Shown here piece by piece: positions 7,255 through 15,419 of a stretch of 64,000 nt of DNA. The position numbers and the translations under genes are program-made. Each line of letters opens with the position of its first letter. The first letter of the stretch is position 1. The stretch is from a virus. Taxonomy: Duplodnaviria > Caudoviricetes. A model generated the notes under the pieces. It did not search any database. It was not told the DNA's origin and saw only the letters and a program-made list of their open reading frames with translations. The stretch is taken from positions 18,195 to 82,194 of the IMG/VR virus record IMGVR_UViG_3300020577_006811, one strand, 5' to 3'.

Positions 7255-8424
7255 ATGATTGACAACACGCAACCCATCCCCGTTGACGACGACTTCAGCG
7301 ACCTTCTCGTGGAGATCGCCCCCGACAGTATGGAGATGGGGCAGGATGCCGACGGCATGCCAAAGGCGATGCCGGCCGAAGCCAAGGCCGCTCCTGTGGC
7401 CAAGGAGATGGTGGAGAAAGCCCCCCCGGTTCCCAAGCCCAAGTTCAGCGATGCCGATTACGAAGCGACGCAGGAAGCCCTGCGGCAGGCGCGCGAAGAG
7501 GCGGAAGCCTTGGCCCGTGACCGCACGCAGGAGCGTGAGGCACGGCTGAAGGCCGAACGGGACGCGCACAAACTGCACTACGCGGCGGTCAACGCGCATG
7601 CGCAGAAGGTGCAGGCGGAACTGGACCATGTGACCGACTCCATCAACCACTGGGAGACGACAGCCGAAGTGGCGCGGCGCAATCTGGCCTTGTCGCTGGA
7701 AGCGCAGAACGCCGAAGAAATCTCGAAGTGGACCAGCGCTATTGCCAAGGCGGAAACGTCAATCTCATCCCTCAAGAACGCACTGCCGACGCTGGAACAC
7801 GAACAGCGGCTGGCGGCCCGGGATGTTGACATCGCGTCACGCACGCCGCAGCCGGAAGCCAAGAAAGAAGACCCAGCACCTCCTAAGCAGCAGACCCCCG
7901 ACGACTGGATTGCCACGCAGCGCAAGGCGGTGGGCAGCAAGTTTGCGGATTGGCTGGACAACAACCGCGAGTTCGTCACCAACCGCAAGATGCATGAGAA
8001 GTTTCTGGCGTTCGCCAACAACTTCCAGGTCGTGGAGGAAATGCCCCTCAACAGCGACCAGTTCATTGAGGCCCTGAACGCCAAGTTCTTGGGCAAGCAA
8101 CCCAAGCCGGAGGCCGAGGCCGTGAACGAAGAGCCCGAGACCCACGAGGACGCAGAGGAAGCCCCGGCCGCAACACCGGCCAAGCGCACGACGGTGGCGG
8201 CTCCCGTAACGCGCGGTCGCCCCGCCCAGCCGTCGTCGTCGGCCAACAAGATCACGCTGACCCGGGAGCAGTATGGCATCGCCCCGGATCTCTACCCCTC
8301 GTACAACGACCTCTCCCCGGAAACGCGTGCCAAGTTCCCGGCCTGGTCGGAGAACGCCGCGCGCTATCAGTACAGCCAGGATCTGAAGCGCGCACAGGCC
8401 GACGGCAAGTTCAGCCGCGGCTAA
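7255..8424 (+). CDS. Capsid scaffolding protein (probable)
   Basis: Long coiled coil, acidic/Pro-rich linkers, position between portal and capsid genes. Confidence 0.7.
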   Translation: MIDNTQPIPVDDDFSDLLVEIAPDSMEMGQDADGMPKAMPAEAKAAPVAKEMVEKAPPVPKPKFSDADYEATQEALRQAREEAEALARDRTQEREARLKAERDAHKLHYAAVNAHAQKVQAELDHVTDSINHWETTAEVARRNLALSLEAQNAEEISKWTSAIAKAETSISSLKNALPTLEHEQRLAARDVDIASRTPQPEAKKEDPAPPKQQTPDDWIATQRKAVGSKFADWLDNNREFVTNRKMHEKFLAFANNFQVVEEMPLNSDQFIEALNAKFLGKQPKPEAEAVNEEPETHEDAEEAPAATPAKRTTVAAPVTRGRPAQPSSSANKITLTREQYGIAPDLYPSYNDLSPETRAKFPAWSENAARYQYSQDLKRAQADGKFSRG

Positions 8425-8472
8425 CCCCCTTTTCTGTTGCGTCCCCTCAGCCTCTCCTAGGAGACACTGCCC

Positions 8473-9105
8473 ATGGCCACCCGCACCGCCCGTCCTGCCG
8501 CCGCTGAGCCCGCCCGACAGGCCCCCGCCGCCCCGCCGCCCGACCGCGAACCCGCGCGCGCCGAAGCCCGCGAGGCCGTCAACACGGGACCCATCATCCC
8601 AGGCCGCGCCGTTGCCTACAACCGTGCCGGCATGCCGATCCAGCGTGCAGGCGCCGAAACCGGCGTGGACGAGTTCTTCATCCCGCCGCACCTGCCCCCC
8701 GCCGGCTGGTCCTGGGAATGGAAGCGCGAGAGCAACCGCGGCGAAACCGACCCCTTCTACATGAGCAAGCTCATGCAGGTCGGCTGGGAGCCCGTCATGT
8801 ACGAAAGCTACCCCGGCGTCTTCGCGCCCGTCTACGACGACCAAGGCAAGGAAATGAAGGGCCCCGTTCGCCGCAAGGGCCTGATGCTTATGGAGCGCTC
8901 GGCCGTTCTGACCGAGGAAGCGTTTCTGGACGAAAAGCGCCGCGCGGACGAACGGGTCGGCACCGCCAAGCACCAGTACAGCCGTCTGGATACCGGCGGC
9001 ACGTCCACAGTCGAGATTGACGACGCGGCCCGCCGGATGTCCGGCATCCGGACTACGCGCGAGGTTGTCGATTATCCGCCCGGTCAACGTCAGCGGATTG
9101 AATGA
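8473..9105 (+). CDS. Conserved head-morphogenesis hypothetical protein
   Basis: AGGAGA SD; WSWEWKR, GWEPV, GLMLMER core. Confidence 0.75.
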   Translation: MATRTARPAAAEPARQAPAAPPPDREPARAEAREAVNTGPIIPGRAVAYNRAGMPIQRAGAETGVDEFFIPPHLPPAGWSWEWKRESNRGETDPFYMSKLMQVGWEPVMYESYPGVFAPVYDDQGKEMKGPVRRKGLMLMERSAVLTEEAFLDEKRRADERVGTAKHQYSRLDTGGTSTVEIDDAARRMSGIRTTREVVDYPPGQRQRIE

Positions 9106-9142
9106 CCTGAGTGACGCGTGTGCGAGACGCGAAACGCAGAAA

Positions 9143-9166
9143 GGCGCTCTTCGGGGCGCCTTTTTT
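9143..9166 (+). terminator. Rho-independent terminator
   Basis: GGCGCTC-TTCG-GGGCGCC followed by TTTTTT. Confidence 0.9.
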
Positions 9167-9229
9167 GTTTTCCACGCCACACATTTTGGCTTGCTTGCCG
9201 GAAATTCAAAAAATGCGTGGTTAATTTTA

Positions 9230-9258
9230 TTGACGCTTGACACCTGCGCATGGATAAC
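9230..9258 (+). promoter_or_regulatory. Putative sigma70 promoter for the capsid operon
   Basis: TTGACG-N17-GATAAC in an AT-rich stretch after the terminator. Confidence 0.5.
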
Positions 9259-9264
9259 CATCCG

Positions 9265-9517
9265 CACAGTGTTCATTGGCGTACCCGAAACCGAACCATC
9301 TCCAACAACAGAGATGGGAGGGCGACCAATGCCCCGGGAAAGTAATCTCCCACCGGCCACGCCGGTTGAGTAAGGTGAAAGCCTAAGCGGAGACCAGCAG
9401 CCCACGCCCCCGACGTAAGTTGGGAGTGCGTCCGTTCCTGAAACGGCGCTGGTCTCTTTCCCGTTGCGGATGACGCAGCGGCCAGAGAAGCGCCTAAACA
9501 AATAGGTGCTTCCTCTC
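9265..9517 (+). ncRNA. Candidate structured RNA / long 5' leader of the capsid genes
   Basis: Multiple perfect helices with GNRA loops (see findings); no coding frame on +. Confidence 0.5.
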
Positions 9518-10168
9518 ATGGCAAATCAGTTCGCACCCTATGGTCTCCTGCCGATTCAGTCGGCAGTCGGCGCCGCCTCGAATTTCGAGATGGTGCAGGC
9601 GCAAATCGCCTACAACGATACGACGCCGATCTACCGCGGCGACCCGGTCAAGCTCCTCAGCACCGGCTACGTGTCACAGTGGAGCGCCGGCACTGCCGTG
9701 TCGCAACTCTACGGCATCTTCTGGGGTGTGCATTACCTGAGTTCGTCTCAGGGCAAGCTTGTCCCCAATAACTTCTGGCCCGGCGCCGACGTTGCCTCCA
9801 CAGCCCAGAACACCATCGTCGCCGATATCATCCCCTGCACCGGCAGCGCCCCGCCGCTCTTCCGCGTCCAGTCGGATGCCACGGGCGTTGCTTTCGCCGA
9901 CATCGGCCAGAACATTGACGTGGCCCTCGGCACCGGCAGCGCGCTCAGCGGCAAGTCGGGCGCCTACCTCAACACCAGCACGCTCAACACCACGGCCACG
10001 CTCCCCTTCCGCCTCGTCCAGCTCTACGGCGGTCTCCCCGGCGCAGGCGGCTTCATGGGCGCCCAGCCCAACGACGCGGGCAACCCCTACGGCGGCTCTG
10101 CAACCGGCGCCTACAACTGGGTCATCGTCCGCGCCAACGTCACGGGCGCTGGTGCAACCGGCATCTAA
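9518..10168 (+). CDS. Capsid-associated (decoration/minor capsid-type) protein
   Basis: 216 aa, Gly/Thr-rich, directly upstream of the MCP. Confidence 0.7.
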   Translation: MANQFAPYGLLPIQSAVGAASNFEMVQAQIAYNDTTPIYRGDPVKLLSTGYVSQWSAGTAVSQLYGIFWGVHYLSSSQGKLVPNNFWPGADVASTAQNTIVADIIPCTGSAPPLFRVQSDATGVAFADIGQNIDVALGTGSALSGKSGAYLNTSTLNTTATLPFRLVQLYGGLPGAGGFMGAQPNDAGNPYGGSATGAYNWVIVRANVTGAGATGI

Positions 10169-10218
10169 GGCCGAACACGTCTCTCTCAACGGCCGCTGAG
10201 CCAAAAGGAAACTGACAC

Positions 10219-11130
10219 ATGGCAGCTAATAGCGCACAAATTCGCAACCTCCTCCTCCCGGGCCTGTACAAGGTCGCGGGTCAGTACGAGCGTTACCCCA
10301 AGGAGTGGTCGCAGATCTTTACGACCGTCAAGAGCACCCTGCAGACCGAATCTGCCGTGCAGACCCGCATTCTGGGCCTCGCGCAGATGAAGGTGGAAGG
10401 CGGCGCAACGGCCTTTGACAACAACATGGGCCAGCGCTGGGTGTGGAACGCCACCGCCTTCGAAGTGGCGCTCGGCTACGCAATCACCCTGCGCGCCATT
10501 GAAGACAACCAGTACACCAAGGATTTCAACATGATGAACCTGAAGCTGATCGACAGCTTCAGCCAGTTCAAGGAAATCCAGGGTGCCAACATTCTCAACA
10601 ACGGTCAGACCTACGATCCGACCGTTGGCGGTGACGGCGTGGCTCTGTTCTCCACGGCGCATCCCTACGACCTCGGCACATGGGCCAACACGTTCTCCAC
10701 GCAGTTGGACCTCAACGAGTCGTCCCTGCTGCAGGCCTACGTGAATATCGGCTCCACGTTCGTGGACGAAGCCGGTCTGCGCGTGAACGCCAAGGCCACC
10801 AAGCTCATCGTCCCCCCAGCCCTTGAGCCCGTTGCCCTGCGTCTGATGCGCTCGGAAATGCGCCCCGGCACCAGCAACAACGACCCCAACGTCATCCCGA
10901 TGATGGAGGCCGGCACCGACAAGATGATGGTCTACCATTACCTCACGTCCAACTACGCGTGGTTCGTGAAAACCGACAAGGACGGCCTGCACTACTTCGA
11001 CCGCATCGCATTTGATGCGGACTCCTGGATCGACAACGTCACGGACAATATCCTACATAAAGGGAGAGAGCGCTACACATTTTCCTACCGCGATCCCCGA
11101 GCCATTTGGGGAAGTTTCCCTACATCCTAA
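10219..11130 (+). CDS. Major capsid protein (Mu gpT-like HK97 fold)
   Basis: 303 aa; LLLPGL, GDGVALFSTAHP, LIVPPAL, WFVKTD, YRDPRAIWGS; strongly biased codons. Confidence 0.88.
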   Translation: MAANSAQIRNLLLPGLYKVAGQYERYPKEWSQIFTTVKSTLQTESAVQTRILGLAQMKVEGGATAFDNNMGQRWVWNATAFEVALGYAITLRAIEDNQYTKDFNMMNLKLIDSFSQFKEIQGANILNNGQTYDPTVGGDGVALFSTAHPYDLGTWANTFSTQLDLNESSLLQAYVNIGSTFVDEAGLRVNAKATKLIVPPALEPVALRLMRSEMRPGTSNNDPNVIPMMEAGTDKMMVYHYLTSNYAWFVKTDKDGLHYFDRIAFDADSWIDNVTDNILHKGRERYTFSYRDPRAIWGSFPTS

Positions 11131-11138
11131 CAAAAATG

Positions 11139-11167
11139 GGGCTGAGAGCATGTACCGCTCTCAGCCC
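11139..11167. other. Perfect 11-bp hairpin after the MCP stop
   Basis: GGGCTGAGAGC-ATGTACC-GCTCTCAGCCC; no U-tract on +. Confidence 0.7.
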
Positions 11168-11297
11168 AATCCTCTAATATCGCAAACTGACCTGCTCACG
11201 GTAAATTAACAATTAAAGTCGAAGGAGGCCTTGTCCTGATATGGGTGCGGCTATACACATATCTCTGTCGGTAGACCGCCCATCGAAAGGAACGCCC

Positions 11298-12425
11298 ATG
11301 TCCCGTCACGCTGAGAACGTTTTGTCCACGGTCACGCAAGATCGCCTCATGCATCTTCTCGCCTACGACCCTGACACTGGATCACTGTCATGGCGCAACC
11401 CCTTGTCCCCCGCCGTCCGAGCTGGAGACGTGGCCGGAACGGTGTCCGGTAAAAACAACAAATATCGGTATGTATCCATTGATGGCAGTGTGTTTCTTGC
11501 GCATCGGCTTGCGTGGCTTATGGTTTATGGTGCTTGGCCAGGGGCCGAAATTAGTGCGCGAGACGGCAACCTTCTCAATTTAAGAATTGGAAATCTCTAC
11601 ATCCGCTCCAAGGCGGAAGTTATTGCGGCGCGCAAGACCCGCTCTAAGTCCGGCATTAAAGGCGTCTATCAACAACCTGGGGGCAAGTGGTCGGCTCAAA
11701 TTCGGCGCGACTACCAATTTGTGCATTTGGGCACGTTTGCGACTAAAGAAGAGGCTGGCAAAGCGGTGGCCGCCGCAAATGATCAACCACTTGATAAGTG
11801 GCCGCGCAAAGAAACGAATGACCTAGCGCGGCGCTCAACACGCAACAGCCTCTTGCATGGACTTTGGAAGAGAACCTTGCGCGACAACACCGTTGCTCCT
11901 GAATGGAACGCCTTTTCGGCTTTTGCCGCCGATGTAGGAGAAATGGCGTATCCGCACTGCAGGCTTGTCCCGCTGGATGGAAATGCAGTTCTTGGGCCCG
12001 AAAACTTCAGTGTTGAAGCCCGGGCGAAATTCGATCGCAAGACACCAGAAGGACGCCGCGCGTACTATTTGCACAAAAACAAAGTGCGCAAGCCGCAGAT
12101 GCGCGAACACCATCTTCAGCGAAAATTCGATCTTTCGCTTGAGGAGTACGCCGCCATGTCAAAGGCTCAGGGCGATGTATGCGCCATCTGCAGGCAGCCA
12201 GAAACGGCAACGCGCCTTGGCACGAAATTGCCCCTTGCCGTGGATCACTGCCACGGCAGCGGCGAAATTCGCGAACTGCTGTGCCGTGATTGTAACCACG
12301 TGCTTGGCAAGTTCAAAGACGATCCCTCGCGCTTCCGCGCGGCAGCCGACTACCTTGATCGGCATCGCGCGAAAGTTGATAGCGTTCCCGCGTCTTCTCC
12401 CGTCCCCCTAGAAAAGGAGCGCTAG
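11298..12425 (+). mobile_element. Free-standing homing endonuclease: HNH + AP2-like + C-terminal endonuclease VII domain
   Basis: LAHRLAWLMVYG (HNH_3), SGIKGVY...KWSAQI...HLGTF (AP2), CAIC...LAVDHCHGSGEIRELLCRDCN (EndoVII); lower GC; AAAGGA SD. Confidence 0.88.
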
Positions 12426-12432
12426 TCGCACC

Positions 12433-13389
12433 ATGACAGAAGTCGTTTACTCTGGCCCGCTCGTCACGGCTCCATCGAACCCGCTGGGCTCGACGGGCAC
12501 GGGCTCGGCCAACCAGAACCCTCAGTCGGCGCCGAATTTTTGGCTGCACGGTGATGCGCTGATCGATCCGCGGACGCCGTTTACCTATAAGCCCGGTAGC
12601 GGCAGCGGCCCGTCTGGCAATTCGATGGCGTCGCGGCCGGTGTACGGCTGGTACGGCATGGGGTGCCAGGTGATCAACGCGGTTCCGTCCACGATTTCGG
12701 CGGTGAACATTGCGGCGACGCAGGCTGCGGCGGCGACGATCACGCTGGTGTCGTCGTCGGGTGCTGGCATCACGGTGGGCGTGTCGATCACGAATGCGGT
12801 GACGGGCGCGACGGTGACGGGTCTGCTGGCGATTGACACGGCGATGGCGGGTCAGTCGTACGGGCAGGATGCGAAGTACAACGTCTGGGACCCGACGAAG
12901 GCGATCTCGCGCAATGTGCGCATTACGTCGGCTGCGGATGACAGCGGCAAGACGTTTACGGTGGTGGGGTACGATCTCTACGGCTACCCGATGTCGGAAG
13001 TGATCACGGGCTCGAATGCGAGCGTGGCTTCGGGGGTGAAGGCCTTCAAGTACATTGCGTCCGTGACGCCGTCCACGACGCCGGCCGGCAACGTATCGGT
13101 GGGCACGGGCGACGTGATCGGTCTGCCGCTGCGGTCGGATTACTTTGGCGACCTGCGCATTGTTTACAACAACGCGGTGATCACGGCCTCGACGGGGTAT
13201 ACGGCGGCGGATACGACGTCTCCGGCGACGACCACCACGGGCGACGTGCGTGGCACGTATGCGCTGCAGACGGCTTCGAACAACTCGCGGCGTCTGCAGG
13301 TGATCTTGATGCCGCCGGCTGCGAACTGCGCGACCGTTACTGGTTTGCTGGGCGTGGCGCAGAACCTGTCGTCCACGAACGGCAGTTAA
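12433..13389 (+). CDS. Structural protein (Thr/Ser/Gly-rich)
   Basis: 318 aa beta-rich composition, after the capsid gene. Confidence 0.7.
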   Translation: MTEVVYSGPLVTAPSNPLGSTGTGSANQNPQSAPNFWLHGDALIDPRTPFTYKPGSGSGPSGNSMASRPVYGWYGMGCQVINAVPSTISAVNIAATQAAAATITLVSSSGAGITVGVSITNAVTGATVTGLLAIDTAMAGQSYGQDAKYNVWDPTKAISRNVRITSAADDSGKTFTVVGYDLYGYPMSEVITGSNASVASGVKAFKYIASVTPSTTPAGNVSVGTGDVIGLPLRSDYFGDLRIVYNNAVITASTGYTAADTTSPATTTTGDVRGTYALQTASNNSRRLQVILMPPAANCATVTGLLGVAQNLSSTNGS

Positions 13390-13396
13390 GATTTCG

Positions 13397-13420
13397 CGGG
13401 GCGGTCTTCGGGCCGCCCCG
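13397..13420 (+). terminator. Probable terminator
   Basis: CGGGGCGGTC-TTCG-GGCCGCCCCG hairpin; weak U-tract. Confidence 0.7.
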
Positions 13421-13521
13421 TCTGCTTTCAAATTGCTGTCTGAAAAATTTCCTGTTTGTCCGTTTATGCGCTAAGCAAAACGTGTGCTCGCGTCTTCCTT
13501 ACAATTTGGCAGGAGAAGATC

Positions 13522-14046
13522 ATGGATCTTTCCAAGATGCGCGCGCGCACGAAGATGCGCACAGTTGCGGGGCATTCTATTGCTCGGCAGAACCGGACAT
13601 CGAAGGCTTTCACGAAGGCGGAGGCCGAGGCGAAGAACGCGCCGTATGCGGGCGAGTCTGGGATTGACGTTGAGGGCAACAAGCCGAAGCCGCGGCTGGA
13701 TCGTCCGGCGCGGGCGTCGGGCGGTCGGGTGTGCCGCGCGGACGGCGGCGTGACGCTGTCTGAGGACAGCAAGAAGATGGCCGCGAAGTTGCGCGAAGAC
13801 GCTTCTGACGATCAGAAGAGAGCTATCTTTAACGGCGGTGTCGCCGCCATGCTGGGCGGTTTGACAAAAGGCTCCAAGGTCGGCAAGGCGCTATTTGGTG
13901 CTAACGCGCTGATGGCCGGCACCGGGGCGCTTTCGGCTACGGGGAAAAGACTGGAAGCCAGAGAGATTGAACGTGGCCGCGCGGAAGAAGGCAAGGAAGA
14001 CCGCAAGCGCGGCGGCCGTGTCGCTCGGGACAAGGATTGCGACTGA
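13522..14046 (+). CDS. AxGGxV-motif family paralogue 2 with one RADGG...GKEDRKRGGRV cassette
   Basis: AGGAGA SD; VEGNKPKPRLDRPAR, RADGGVTLSEDSKK, glycine-rich hydrophobic segment. Confidence 0.8.
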   Translation: MDLSKMRARTKMRTVAGHSIARQNRTSKAFTKAEAEAKNAPYAGESGIDVEGNKPKPRLDRPARASGGRVCRADGGVTLSEDSKKMAAKLREDASDDQKRAIFNGGVAAMLGGLTKGSKVGKALFGANALMAGTGALSATGKRLEAREIERGRAEEGKEDRKRGGRVARDKDCD

Positions 14047-14228
14047 TGACTGGCAAGAACTGGATCAAGGCCGCGGTCGGCAAAAATCCGGGCGGCTTGC
14101 ACAAGTCTCTTGGCATTCCGGCTGGCGAGAAAATCTCGGCAAAGAAATTGGCCAAGGCAGAGCATTCGTCCAATCCGAAGGTGCGCCGCCAAGCGAACCT
14201 GGCCAAGACGTTGAAAGGGCTGAAGTGA
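14046..14228 (+). CDS. Small basic phage protein (60 aa)
   Basis: TGATG overlap; NWIKAAV...PGGLHKSLGIP...ANLAKTLK. Confidence 0.75.
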   Translation: MTGKNWIKAAVGKNPGGLHKSLGIPAGEKISAKKLAKAEHSSNPKVRRQANLAKTLKGLK

Positions 14229-14229
14229 T

Positions 14230-15228
14230 ATGAGCCGCCCCATCACAGTCACCGTCGGCGGCCTGGCCGCTGCGTCTGCAACCAAGCTCGGGTTGAGCCA
14301 GAAGGCTGCGATTGCGGGCACGAACTATCTGGTGCTCAACGGCGCGTCGGGCTCGTTCGTGGCCAACAGCGTATGCGCCTCGCAGACGCCGGGCGGCGCG
14401 GGCGCGCTGGTGCTCAACGGCACGCTGGCCAGCAGCGTCCAGACGGGAACCGCAATTGCCTACCTGCCGTCACTCTCCCGTATCTACATTACAGGTGGCT
14501 CCAACGAGAGCGGCAAGACGTTCACCGTGCTCGGCTACGTGTTCACGGCTGCGGGCGGGCCCGTGGCGGTGACGGAGACCATCACTGGGCCCAATGCGTC
14601 TACGGTCTCCAGCATCTACCAATACCAGCAGATCATCAGCATCACGGCCTCGGCCGGAACTGCGGGCGCGATTACCGTTGGCCACTACGGGACGGCCACG
14701 CAGGATTACGCCCGGCAGGTGATCATCACGTCGGCGGGCGACGATTCATCGAACACGTTTACGATCTCAGGTACGGATTGGGCCAACAACCCGATCAGTG
14801 AGAACCTGGCGGGCGCCAACGCGGGCGTGGCTACGTCCGTCCTGAGCTACAAGACCGTGACCAGCATTGCCAGCAGCGCGGCGGTCGCCTCTACGTTGAC
14901 CATTGGCACGAACACTGTGGCGTCGTCGGACTGGGTGCGGTTCGATGACTATTCGGCTGCTGCGCAGGTGGCGATCCAGGCCAGCGTGTCCGGAACCGTG
15001 AACTACACGATCCAGCAGACCATGGATGATCCAAACGATCCATCGCGGAATATCTACAACAATCCGGCTGGCGTGGTGTGGGTCAATCACCCTGATGCGG
15101 CATTTGTTGCGGCATCGGCGACAGCGCAAGGCAACTATGCCTACACCCCTATCTTCGCACGCGTGGTGATCAACAGTGGCACGGGTACGGTGCGGGCAAC
15201 TTTTAGGCAAGTTGGGACCTGGTCCTGA
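14230..15228 (+). CDS. Structural protein, beta-rich
   Basis: 332 aa; internal ITITGxNESGK/VIITSAGDDS repeats shared with 12433-13389. Confidence 0.7.
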   Translation: MSRPITVTVGGLAAASATKLGLSQKAAIAGTNYLVLNGASGSFVANSVCASQTPGGAGALVLNGTLASSVQTGTAIAYLPSLSRIYITGGSNESGKTFTVLGYVFTAAGGPVAVTETITGPNASTVSSIYQYQQIISITASAGTAGAITVGHYGTATQDYARQVIITSAGDDSSNTFTISGTDWANNPISENLAGANAGVATSVLSYKTVTSIASSAAVASTLTIGTNTVASSDWVRFDDYSAAAQVAIQASVSGTVNYTIQQTMDDPNDPSRNIYNNPAGVVWVNHPDAAFVAASATAQGNYAYTPIFARVVINSGTGTVRATFRQVGTWS

Positions 15229-15413
15229 TGGGTGGTCTCATTGACAGCAGCACGGGGCTCGCGTTTGGCGAAGGCTTGCAGTTCCAGACGCCCATTGGCG
15301 GCGCTGGGCTGACGATCCAAGTCAATACGCCGCCGCCCACGGGCTCTGTCATGATCACGGAAGCTACGGACAGAATGATCACCGAAACCGGTGACGTCAT
15401 GATAACGGAATGA
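15228..15413 (+). CDS. Small protein with three MITE repeats, putative fibre docking peptide
   Basis: MITEATDRMITETGDVMITE C-terminus. Confidence 0.65.
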   Translation: MGGLIDSSTGLAFGEGLQFQTPIGGAGLTIQVNTPPPTGSVMITEATDRMITETGDVMITE

Positions 15414-15419
15414 TCGCCC

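Noticed and set aside
9265-9517. RNase P, tmRNA or group I intron identity for the structured leader
   Set aside because: No P4 GAGGAAAGUCC, no tmRNA TLD or tag, no convincing intron core; left as unknown
7837-9519. 560-aa minus-strand ORF and other long antisense ORFs (3307-4440, 12313-13431, 16431-17336, 34577-35503, 45665-46741)
   Set aside because: Shadow frames of well-supported genes in GC-rich DNA; no motifs or ribosome binding sites
11131-12432. Group I intron housing the HNH gene
   Set aside because: The MCP reading frame ends normally before it and no P7/R-S core or downstream exon was recognised; treated as a free-standing HEG
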